From the IMG/VR virus record IMGVR_UViG_3300025276_000023, positions 65,103-129,102 of that record: DNA of 64,000 nt; one strand, 5' to 3'. The DNA comes from a virus. This document shows, piece by piece, positions 9,214-17,278 of this stretch. The notes beneath the pieces were generated by a model. It searched no databases. It was not told the origin of the DNA and saw only the letters and a list, made by a program, of their open reading frames with translations. How positions within the stretch are numbered: position 1 is the first letter of the stretch; every line of letters starts with the position of its first letter. The translations under genes were made by a program, and so were the position numbers.

Positions 9214-10221
9214 ATGATGAGTAAGTACGTAAGGAGTTTAAACATATCTGACCCCAGCGAAACAGTACTAGCGCTCGATGGGAATGGTGTCACACCTACA
9301 GAAAACCTCAGTAAGTTAGCAGAGAAGGATTCGCCTGAACAAACCACAGATAAAGTACAATCTTTGGTAGATCAGGTGAAGCCGACTAAGGAACTTGAAA
9401 AGGTTGCTTCTGTAAAAAATGAAGCTGCTAAAAAAGCTGAGATTAAAGAAACGTTAAAGAAACATCCAAACATAAAAGAGTACTCTCAAGATATTGACGG
9501 TGCTGCAGATGAATGGGATTATTTTGAAGATGAGGAATACGGTACATGTGAAGCTGTGGATGGTACAGTTAAGGAATTAGGTTTCTTTGACAAGCTCCAG
9601 AATAAAGTTAATTCTTTAGCTGCTGAATACGGCATACCGTTTATAAACCCACAGTCTCAAGATGCTTTAGATAGAGCTAAAGCTAAACGTCTTTTAAAGA
9701 CAGGCTCTGCTGAAGAATTGACAAGTGTATATTCTAAGTCAAAAAATAAACCAACTATTGAAAAAGCAGTCGATGATGAGTTTGACGCGACTGCTTCTAG
9801 AGGTAGTTGGAAGACTGTATTGGCAGCTACTAAAATACTAGGTAAGAACTATGTGCGTAACCGAAAGAAATTAGGTTCTAAAAACCTATTAGCATCTTAT
9901 AAAAAAGACCCTTTGTCAATGTTCAATAAAGAAGAACTCACTGGACTGTCAGGTGCGTTAACTGAAATGGACCCTACATGGGGCGGCTACGTAACTGACG
10001 GAGTACTTAAGTATCAAAAAGGTAATTTCGATACGTTATCTACCGATGCGGCTAAATTGCTAGGTGTAGATAAAAGTAAGTATTTTCCTAAAGTTATTAA
10101 AATAGCTAAGAAGAAGAAATGGGACCGAAAGGTAAACGATAGAATTAATAAGGCCAAAAAGAAAGTATCTGATAAAACAGGTATCTCTTCTGGTTCAAGT
10201 GGTAGTATATATAGCGGTTAG
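9214..10221 (+). CDS. Hypothetical protein, possibly virion structural
   Basis: 335-aa Lys-rich ORF, GAGG RBS, TATG motifs upstream. Confidence 0.6.
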   Translation: MMSKYVRSLNISDPSETVLALDGNGVTPTENLSKLAEKDSPEQTTDKVQSLVDQVKPTKELEKVASVKNEAAKKAEIKETLKKHPNIKEYSQDIDGAADEWDYFEDEEYGTCEAVDGTVKELGFFDKLQNKVNSLAAEYGIPFINPQSQDALDRAKAKRLLKTGSAEELTSVYSKSKNKPTIEKAVDDEFDATASRGSWKTVLAATKILGKNYVRNRKKLGSKNLLASYKKDPLSMFNKEELTGLSGALTEMDPTWGGYVTDGVLKYQKGNFDTLSTDAAKLLGVDKSKYFPKVIKIAKKKKWDRKVNDRINKAKKKVSDKTGISSGSSGSIYSG

Positions 10222-10229
10222 GAGTAATT

Positions 10230-10943
10230 ATGAGTGATTTAATATATAGAGACGGATGGTTACATTCGGTGGAAGAAATTAATTTAATACCTTATGGGAT
10301 AGTGACTCCTGTTCTGGAGGAAGGAGCAGAGGAAGTTGAAATAGTTTCTCCTTTTGATACGTTATTTAAACGTTTCAATAAAGAAGAAATAGACTATGAT
10401 AACCCAGCGGTTTTACCTACTTCCATTGCTGAAATATATAAACCCAAAGAATATTCAGCTTCTTTTTTTTCAAGGTACTATCCTAAATCGGGCTCTGAGA
10501 ACCTCCAACCTTATGTTGATGCAATGATCGAAGCCGGTTGGAATACGAGCAACCCTAGTGAGTTACTGCAACCAAAAACAGATGCTGGTTTCTTTAAAAT
10601 GTATATCGATAAGGCATTGTTTAGAGACGATTCATCCAATCGAATAGAAAGAGTGTTTGCAATGACCGTTGACCGCACTGGCTATAGCAGCAGGGGTTAT
10701 CCATATGAAACATACCAATTATCTGAACTGGAAATTGAGCGCGTAGGCGATTTAGTCCTAGCCGATACTAGCAAGATAAATCGTGTTCATGGAGTTAGAA
10801 TAATATTTGGCTTCAATGTCGTGGACAATACAATGCCGCTGAACCTATATCAAATCTCATATATTAAACGAGATCTTGTTAGAGAGATGGCGGATATAGA
10901 TGCCACCTTACCACATGAGTTAGTGTTGGTCGACGGTATTTAA
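10230..10943 (+). CDS. Hypothetical protein
   Basis: 237-aa ORF, AGGAG RBS. Confidence 0.7.
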   Translation: MSDLIYRDGWLHSVEEINLIPYGIVTPVLEEGAEEVEIVSPFDTLFKRFNKEEIDYDNPAVLPTSIAEIYKPKEYSASFFSRYYPKSGSENLQPYVDAMIEAGWNTSNPSELLQPKTDAGFFKMYIDKALFRDDSSNRIERVFAMTVDRTGYSSRGYPYETYQLSELEIERVGDLVLADTSKINRVHGVRIIFGFNVVDNTMPLNLYQISYIKRDLVREMADIDATLPHELVLVDGI

Positions 10944-10983
10944 TTACATCCAGATACATTCTATAGACAACTAACTAAAAGGA

Positions 10984-11244
10984 ATGTTTATGATTTATAA
11001 TATATTCATCATTTTAGCTCTAGTGTCCTCTACATGTCTGAAGGTGATATTCGAAGTAGTGTGGTTATTAATAGACGCCATAGTAGTTTATCTACCTAAA
11101 GAATTGTCAATTACCTTCAATATAAAGAGCGCAGACTTTTGGGGTTTGAAAGCTATTATGTTACTGGTACGACATAGAGTGACAAGAGGGCTAAAGACTA
11201 ACCTGCCAATTAAAACAGGCACAGACTTTTGGGGTCTGGGTTAG
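10984..11244 (+). CDS. Small membrane protein
   Basis: Hydrophobic N-terminal 35 aa; AAGGA RBS; two DFWGL motifs. Confidence 0.55.
   Translation: MFMIYNIFIILALVSSTCLKVIFEVVWLLIDAIVVYLPKELSITFNIKSADFWGLKAIMLLVRHRVTRGLKTNLPIKTGTDFWGLG
11132..11235 (+). repeat. 14-bp direct repeat CAGACTTTTGGGGT (two copies, 90 bp apart)
   Basis: Exact copies at 11132-11145 and 11222-11235. Confidence 0.8.
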
Positions 11245-11430
11245 CACCTAAATTAAAAACTCAAAATTAAAAAAGTCATTACAATGACTTAAACATAATT
11301 TGATCTTTCCTCCTGATCTACATAGAAGCTATACTTAGTCGACTACTAGGGATGGAGGAAGATTTACTAAACAACGCAGAACCATCTACTCTCTCTTTGA
11401 TGTTTCTATCTTGTTATGTCGATATGTCAT

Positions 11431-11450
11431 GGGACCTTCGGGTCCCTTTT
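11431..11450 (+). terminator. Intrinsic terminator with UUCG loop
   Basis: GGGACC-TTCG-GGTCCC-TTTT. Confidence 0.7.
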
Positions 11451-11472
11451 ATTCAAGTTAAAGGAGCATGTG

Positions 11473-11751
11473 ATGTATTCGTTCCCACTTACCTATGTTA
11501 CTACGATAGCAATGAAAGTACGTGGCGACAGTGCTGACTATGCTATCTTAGAAGCTTTCTTAGCCATTTCAGGAGCAGATTTGGTAGTCAAGGTCGATAG
11601 CCCTGAACGTAGAGACTGGACTATAGTTAGAAAAGTGTACAATAAAGAAAAAACAATTCAAGCATTAAAAACTCTAAACTCACAATACTTAGATGGGGAA
11701 ACACTCAGCCCTTCTACTGTATTAAAAATATATGACGATTTGGTCAGTTAA
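11473..11751 (+). CDS. Hypothetical protein
   Basis: In-frame ATG at 11473 follows AAGGAG and lies beyond the terminator; preferred over the track start 11416. Confidence 0.65.
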   Translation: MYSFPLTYVTTIAMKVRGDSADYAILEAFLAISGADLVVKVDSPERRDWTIVRKVYNKEKTIQALKTLNSQYLDGETLSPSTVLKIYDDLVS

Positions 11752-11764
11752 GGAAGAAACGATA

Positions 11765-12511
11765 ATGAAGATCGAATATGTAGTTAATGGTAAATCTATT
11801 GCTTTAAATGATAAAATACAAAAAGCTATTGATAATAGATCTATCCCTTTATCATTATTTCGTGCAACATTACTTAATGCCGTCCGCAAGATTCTAAACG
11901 GTCGAGAAAAAGAAGTAGACTACGATGCACTTGCAGATGCCGTAGTTAAAAGCATTGATCAATTTAAGAGCCGTGTAAGACGCCTCTCGAAGCTTGTACG
12001 ATATTCTAATGAATGCCTAATGAAAATAAAAAACGCCTTGGAGAATCGCACTGAAGATAATCTAGAGCTACTTAGAAGTACAGTGGGATATATCCCTGCT
12101 GAGAATATACGAAACTATCGTTTCTTAATGACGGTACTCAAACGAAGAATCTTTGATTTAGATGAAATAAATGAACTTGAAAAGATAGTAGGCGGTTTAA
12201 ATTCTATCTACGGTTCATTAGCTTCGACTGAAAAACATTTCGTCCCTGGAAATAAAGATCAGTTTCCAACACCATTGGGTGAGTGTAAAATACCTTTCGA
12301 CTTACTAATCAAACATAATTGCGAAAGACTATCAAAACAAATGTTAAGTCTTCTCTGTAAAAATGGCAAGCAGACGCTAACGGACCTTGGTTTTAACTTA
12401 CGTTCTCGTGAGATGACGGTAGATGGAAAATACTATGTGTACCACTTTACCTTCAAGAACATTACAATTCCATGTAAGGCAGCTGTCATAACCCCCAAAG
12501 AGAGGAAATAA
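11765..12511 (+). CDS. Hypothetical protein
   Basis: Start moved to the ATG after AAGGA (track start 11732). Confidence 0.7.
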   Translation: MKIEYVVNGKSIALNDKIQKAIDNRSIPLSLFRATLLNAVRKILNGREKEVDYDALADAVVKSIDQFKSRVRRLSKLVRYSNECLMKIKNALENRTEDNLELLRSTVGYIPAENIRNYRFLMTVLKRRIFDLDEINELEKIVGGLNSIYGSLASTEKHFVPGNKDQFPTPLGECKIPFDLLIKHNCERLSKQMLSLLCKNGKQTLTDLGFNLRSREMTVDGKYYVYHFTFKNITIPCKAAVITPKERK

Positions 12512-12512
12512 A

Positions 12513-12866
12513 ATGAAAAAAGAAATACATGTAATCGCCCACAGTCTAACTAAACAGATCAAAGACATCATAGATACTTTAGAAGCTAATGGTTTCTCCA
12601 CTACCGTTAAAGCTATGGATTGTGAAGACATCACAATAGACGACTTCAACGGCATACGTCAGATGTTAAATGAATGGGACAGACAGGTAGAACAACTTTT
12701 AAGAAAAGAAAGAATAGCCCAAAGTCACTATCTCTTAAACTTGGTTAGAGGAACTACTGGTTACGTATACAGATATAAAAAAGAACCCAATTCCAAACTA
12801 GGTTTATTGACGCTAACAAACCAGCGTCTCGGTAACGTATATGAAATTAAAATCCACCCCTATTAA
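12513..12866 (+). CDS. Hypothetical protein
   Basis: 117-aa ORF, GAGGA RBS. Confidence 0.7.
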   Translation: MKKEIHVIAHSLTKQIKDIIDTLEANGFSTTVKAMDCEDITIDDFNGIRQMLNEWDRQVEQLLRKERIAQSHYLLNLVRGTTGYVYRYKKEPNSKLGLLTLTNQRLGNVYEIKIHPY

Positions 12867-12881
12867 AAAGAGTTACTTACC

Positions 12882-13517
12882 ATGACATTAGAGCAGATGC
12901 GTCGTTTTGTTAAACGTAAAGAACTATGTAGTCTAATAAAGCTTTACTCGACAGTCGACTTAGATTATGGTCGTATAGACGATCCTGTTAAGTTCAGGAA
13001 AGAACAAGCTAAGTATGGACGTTATGCGACTGCTTTAAAAGCACTGTCTTCAGAAAACACCGAGCTTTTCAATACGTATAAAAATACTGAAAATGAAGAA
13101 CATCGTATATATTCTTTACTTGCAAACTACAGTACCATTCAACAATTTGTTACTCATGGTAAGAACCAAAGAGAAATCATCCAGTTAGTAGCGGCTAAGG
13201 AAGAACTTACCTTCTTTCAATCTAGTAAGATCGTTACTCGCATATTGGACATTTCTCAGTTACTCGAACGTTACTGTAAACTGTTAGAAGACGATAAAGA
13301 AAAGAAACATCTACTATATCGTCTGACAAGTTATTTTACCGACTACTTCAAACTGTTCCATAAAAAAGAATTTGGCTTACCCTATATCTTACCGTACATT
13401 CCAAAGCTTAAGATGGCTGACGGTAAGTTAGAAGTAAAACATAGCTTTACTGAATTTGGTAAAGAACCGCCCTATGCAATACAGAACTGGCGTTGTAACT
13501 TCATTGTAGTGCTTTGA
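12882..13517 (+). CDS. Hypothetical protein
   Basis: 211-aa ORF in the same operon. Confidence 0.7.
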   Translation: MTLEQMRRFVKRKELCSLIKLYSTVDLDYGRIDDPVKFRKEQAKYGRYATALKALSSENTELFNTYKNTENEEHRIYSLLANYSTIQQFVTHGKNQREIIQLVAAKEELTFFQSSKIVTRILDISQLLERYCKLLEDDKEKKHLLYRLTSYFTDYFKLFHKKEFGLPYILPYIPKLKMADGKLEVKHSFTEFGKEPPYAIQNWRCNFIVVL

Positions 13518-13520
13518 TAT

Positions 13521-13555
13521 CATACATACTAGGAAGGCGGCTGCCTTCCTTTATG
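13521..13555 (+). terminator. Hairpin flanked by CATA/TATG
   Basis: AGGAAGGC-GGCT-GCCTTCCT then TTATG. Confidence 0.75.
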
Positions 13556-13559
13556 TTTG

Positions 13560-13615
13560 AAATGGAAAGGTTTTGACATCTATATAGTAAATATGAGATA
13601 ACTAACTTAAACAAT
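13560..13615 (+). promoter_or_regulatory. Putative early promoter plus leader (copy A)
   Basis: TTTGACATCTATATAGTAAATATGAGATA; 43/56 ungapped identity to 38202-38257. Confidence 0.75.
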
Positions 13616-13630
13616 TATAGGAAACGAATC

Positions 13631-14038
13631 ATGAATTCAATTAAACTTAAAATAGCAGCCGGCCTTGCAGCAGTATCAGTAGTATCTTTAGGCGCGGCTT
13701 ATTTTCTAAATAAGTCAGATCAGAAAAAAGAAAAGTCAACTAAGCGTAACAGCGATGTTTCTTTCTTTGACGGTTATACCCTTTACTTTACCAACGATGC
13801 AATCGAAGGTATCGTTACAGTAAAGGACGGTGAGTTCGAAACAAACGTCACTGCTATAAAAGAAGTAAAAGGCAATACAGGAATGAGCACAGTAAACTTA
13901 GGCTTAATGTTTTTAAAGGTAGCGGCCGATGCTGCTAACATAAAAGCTGCTAAATCATCGCTGTCAAGAGCAGATATATTTAGAGTAATAATAGCTGGTG
14001 ACAATGATGTCTTCTCTATTGAAAACACAGTAGCTTAA
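13631..14038 (+). CDS. N-terminally anchored membrane protein
   Basis: MNSIKLKIAAGLAAVSVVSLGAAYFL hydrophobic helix followed by a Lys-rich linker. Confidence 0.75.
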   Translation: MNSIKLKIAAGLAAVSVVSLGAAYFLNKSDQKKEKSTKRNSDVSFFDGYTLYFTNDAIEGIVTVKDGEFETNVTAIKEVKGNTGMSTVNLGLMFLKVAADAANIKAAKSSLSRADIFRVIIAGDNDVFSIENTVA

Positions 14039-14067
14039 TTAACCCCCCATTATCAAAGGAAACAACC

Positions 14068-14433
14068 ATGAAGATTTCAGACGCACTATGTATAGCAGCG
14101 GTAGCAGTGACAGCAGTAGCTTTAGCATCTGCAAGTGTAATAGAAGTTAGACGCGAGCCTCTACCTAGACGTAGAATGAATCGTGGTTCTACTCACCAGA
14201 TAAGAGGAAGTCGAGTTCGTGCTACTGTAATATTTAACAGTGATCGCACATTTAATGTAGATGTTAGAGACGTAGGCGATTTCTACGGTCGCTATAGTCT
14301 AGCTCAGATGTTACGTAATCGTATCGAACAAAACCTTAGATACGATCATTCAATGTCTAAAAGATTGGCAGTCAGTAAAGCTTGTAATGAGGTTTCTGAC
14401 TTTACCGGTTTACCATTGTACAATATCAGTTAG
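14068..14433 (+). CDS. N-terminally anchored or secreted protein
   Basis: MKISDALCIAAVAVTAVALASA followed by an Arg-rich linker; AAGGA RBS. Confidence 0.75.
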   Translation: MKISDALCIAAVAVTAVALASASVIEVRREPLPRRRMNRGSTHQIRGSRVRATVIFNSDRTFNVDVRDVGDFYGRYSLAQMLRNRIEQNLRYDHSMSKRLAVSKACNEVSDFTGLPLYNIS

Positions 14434-14445
14434 GTATTGTACAAT

Positions 14446-14475
14446 AAAAAGAAGCTTCCGTAGCTTCTTTTTTTT
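14446..14475 (+). terminator. Intrinsic terminator
   Basis: AAAAAGAAGCT-TCCGT-AGCTTCTTTTTTTT. Confidence 0.8.
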
Positions 14476-14496
14476 ATTCACTATTAGGATTAAATT

Positions 14497-14733
14497 ATGC
14501 ATTATAGTTATAACGAAGATGAGGCGATTTATTTACGTACTCAATTGGCTAAACGAATTGAGCTAGAACGTAACGCTGAAAGAAAAGAAAGCATGTTACA
14601 CCTACAGAAATGCATGGGTACGGAAGGTCCTATCGAAACAGAACTGGCTAATCGTTCTGACTGGCCTGAGATTATCAATACCATCATGTATGGTCCAGAG
14701 GCAGGGGATACGTATGAACCAGGAATCCTTTAG
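14497..14733 (+). CDS. Hypothetical protein
   Basis: 78-aa ORF, AGGA RBS. Confidence 0.6.
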   Translation: MHYSYNEDEAIYLRTQLAKRIELERNAERKESMLHLQKCMGTEGPIETELANRSDWPEIINTIMYGPEAGDTYEPGIL

Positions 14734-15115
14734 CTTTACAGAAAGGTTATATGAAAGCACTATGAAAGAGTCAGATAAAATAATGGACAGCGCTTTCTTA
14801 GTTGATAAAACTGATCATCACGACACTCTACTAGACGATATAATCTTTAGACTGTACAGATATCAACGCGAGTTAAATGTAACGCGTAAGATACTCGATA
14901 CTGGTAAGGTTCAATATCGTTTCTTATCAATGGGTGACGTGCCGCTTACAATTCATCCAAGACAAGCAAGTCAAATGCTATTTACTAAACTGGAGAGTTT
15001 GCTACCTAAGCATCCAGAGAAAATGGATTTCATTGACGCTGCAATTCTACTAGATGATTTGTTAATTGAATACAACAAAGAACCTAAACGTGGCAGCTTA
15101 AGTATAAGTAACTAA
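14714..15115 (+). CDS. Hypothetical protein
   Basis: In-frame ATG after AGGGGA (track start 14690). Confidence 0.65.
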   Translation: MNQESFSFTERLYESTMKESDKIMDSAFLVDKTDHHDTLLDDIIFRLYRYQRELNVTRKILDTGKVQYRFLSMGDVPLTIHPRQASQMLFTKLESLLPKHPEKMDFIDAAILLDDLLIEYNKEPKRGSLSISN

Positions 15116-15160
15116 CATAAACAGCTCCCATTATGGGAGCTGTATGTTTTTTCTTTTTTT
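15116..15160. terminator. Bidirectional hairpin flanked by CATA/TATG
   Basis: ACAGCTCCCA-TTA-TGGGAGCTGT, then ATG and T-tract, between convergent genes. Confidence 0.8.
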
Positions 15161-15165
15161 AGTTT

Positions 15166-17205
15166 CTAACCACCACGGTCACTAGGATCGGCTATAGCTG
15201 CTAGCCAGCGACCAGGCGATGCTCCAAATAACCAACCAGCATTCGATGCAACACTTGCCCATTTAGCAGGTGAGCGCCATTGTTGGAAGTCTAGCATTGA
15301 CTTGTGGAAGTTCTTCTTCAGACGCTTAGTTGTATAGATCTGATCTACTAAATCTAACGAACCCATGATTGCCATCAAATCAGTAAATTGATTTTCATCT
15401 GATAATAGATATTTAGATATACCACCTGGAAGTAGAGTATCTAATGGATTGAAACCAGCAGTTAAAGGCATGTGAGTAATTGATGTTAAATCTAATAGCG
15501 TAAATTCAATATCAATACCTAGTGGTTCACTGTCTTTAGTGTAACCGATATTACCAGTACCTAATGTCATAGTGAATGAATCAATTATGCCCAGTCTAGA
15601 TTGTGCTCTACCTTTACAGTAGTATTCACAAATGAATGGACCTGTGTATGATTGGAAACCAGTTGATCTAGGAATAGCACCCGCCATTACTGAGATAGCA
15701 GGAATGAATAAGTTCTGCAGTCTTGATACTGGATCAGATGACCATGAACGACATTCCATCTTAGCACTTATCTTAGGCGCATTTGTTATTGTCTCTTCCC
15801 AGTACTTAGGGATGTCCACTAACGCATTGCCCATAAGAGCAGCTAGACCGCTCACACCGACACTTTCAGCAACGCCGCTAAGCAATGCCCCTACCGAGCT
15901 AGTAACGGCTCCTATAGCGTCTCCTACGAACCCACCAATTAACTGACCATCTGATAGATTGAAACGAATGTCTTTAGCACCCGATGACATACCGTTAATC
16001 ATACCGGCTACACCAGATTCTTTAACCGTACTATTAGCAGAGAAACTTGTAGAGCCAGGCTTATCAATTCTAAACGATACAAACTGACCACCATCATTAC
16101 TTTCTGCTTCTAGCGAAGTAAAGAACTTAGACCACCAGCCTTCATCTTCACCGTAGAGATCAGAGGCTGTTTCAGCAGGTTGATTAGCAATGTTAGTTTC
16201 AACATCGTTTGCGAACTTAGCTTCCTCATTTGGGTCTTCGGTTTCCTTTTCCTGTAATGGTTTATACGCATCGAGAGAGAACCAATCGTCAATGTACGTT
16301 CCCATATCACGCCCTTCGGCGATAACTGGATCATTAGGATGTCCGGTTTCTTTATAGACTCTACTTACAGCAGCAATTGCTTCATCAGCTGTTTTAGATT
16401 CATCGAGGCTCTTCTTCAATAGCTCATGGCGTTTATTAGCAAGACGTTGATAACGAGTGGTTACGTTATAGATATCGATGCTGCCATTTGAATTATAGAT
16501 GTCAGGTAATAGTTTACGGTAAGCTGCTTTATCATCATCACCAAAACCTTCTTGTTCTTTATATCCCTCAGTACGTTCTGAGTTAGCCATACCTGCTACG
16601 TTACCCATATTTGACATCAAGCTATTTAGAACACTTGAGCGAGCATCGTTGTAGATATGCATTGCAGGTTTCAGATAGAAGTATTTAGTAGAAGGCATGT
16701 CTGCTAAGAATCTAAGCGTCTGTGCTATTAGAATATAAGGTAATATTCTAAAGGTTGCTACAGTCCCTATGATTCTACCAATAGAACGTGCTATTTGATT
16801 ACTACGTCCTTTATTGGCTAACTGTGCGGCTGTTGGGTCATAGAAGTTACCAAAGAACCGAGTCATGCTGTTATAGGTTGGAATACCGAAACGCATATGC
16901 ATGATAACTTGAGTATCATCGAAACGTTCGCTATAGTCACGTCCCATACCGCTAGTTGCACCCAAGAAACTATATTTAGTTGTAGGGTCATCTACATATC
17001 GTTCTTCATTTAAATCAGCAAAGCCTGTAAACTGAGGCAGTGGATTTATTGCTTTATTGCCACCAAGTGTAGTGTCTCCAAATTTGAATAGACCAGACGG
17101 TAGCTTTCTAAATTTATCTACGCTTGTATCGAATGAGTCCGGTGGAAGAAGAAACGCACTTCTCACCCAACTACTGACAGATGCATCGCTTAGTACTTCG
17201 TACAT
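15166..17205 (-). CDS. Virion tail/baseplate protein (phiKZ gp182-like)
   Basis: Directly downstream of the gp181-like gene; motifs DTTLGGN.AINPLPQFT and MRFGIP; ATG at 17205 has a GGAG RBS. Confidence 0.75.
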   Translation of the reverse strand: MYEVLSDASVSSWVRSAFLLPPDSFDTSVDKFRKLPSGLFKFGDTTLGGNKAINPLPQFTGFADLNEERYVDDPTTKYSFLGATSGMGRDYSERFDDTQVIMHMRFGIPTYNSMTRFFGNFYDPTAAQLANKGRSNQIARSIGRIIGTVATFRILPYILIAQTLRFLADMPSTKYFYLKPAMHIYNDARSSVLNSLMSNMGNVAGMANSERTEGYKEQEGFGDDDKAAYRKLLPDIYNSNGSIDIYNVTTRYQRLANKRHELLKKSLDESKTADEAIAAVSRVYKETGHPNDPVIAEGRDMGTYIDDWFSLDAYKPLQEKETEDPNEEAKFANDVETNIANQPAETASDLYGEDEGWWSKFFTSLEAESNDGGQFVSFRIDKPGSTSFSANSTVKESGVAGMINGMSSGAKDIRFNLSDGQLIGGFVGDAIGAVTSSVGALLSGVAESVGVSGLAALMGNALVDIPKYWEETITNAPKISAKMECRSWSSDPVSRLQNLFIPAISVMAGAIPRSTGFQSYTGPFICEYYCKGRAQSRLGIIDSFTMTLGTGNIGYTKDSEPLGIDIEFTLLDLTSITHMPLTAGFNPLDTLLPGGISKYLLSDENQFTDLMAIMGSLDLVDQIYTTKRLKKNFHKSMLDFQQWRSPAKWASVASNAGWLFGASPGRWLAAIADPSDRGG

Positions 17206-17237
17206 AGACACTCCATTAATAAAAAAAATCTTCATTA

Positions 17238-17277
17238 CATAAAATGCGCAGCTAGGATTAACTAGCTGCGCATTATG
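17238..17277 (-). terminator. Hairpin flanked by CATA/TATG
   Basis: AATGCGCAGCTAG-GATTAA-CTAGCTGCGCATT. Confidence 0.75.
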
Positions 17278-17278
17278 T

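Noticed and set aside
11352-11537. 61-aa ORF, and the 11416 start of the next gene
   Set aside because: Both cross a UUCG terminator and lack a properly spaced RBS; the ATG at 11473 has AAGGAG
13573-13602. Host sigma70 promoter from TTGACA
   Set aside because: No good -10 hexamer at 16-18 nt, and the sister copy reads TTGAGA
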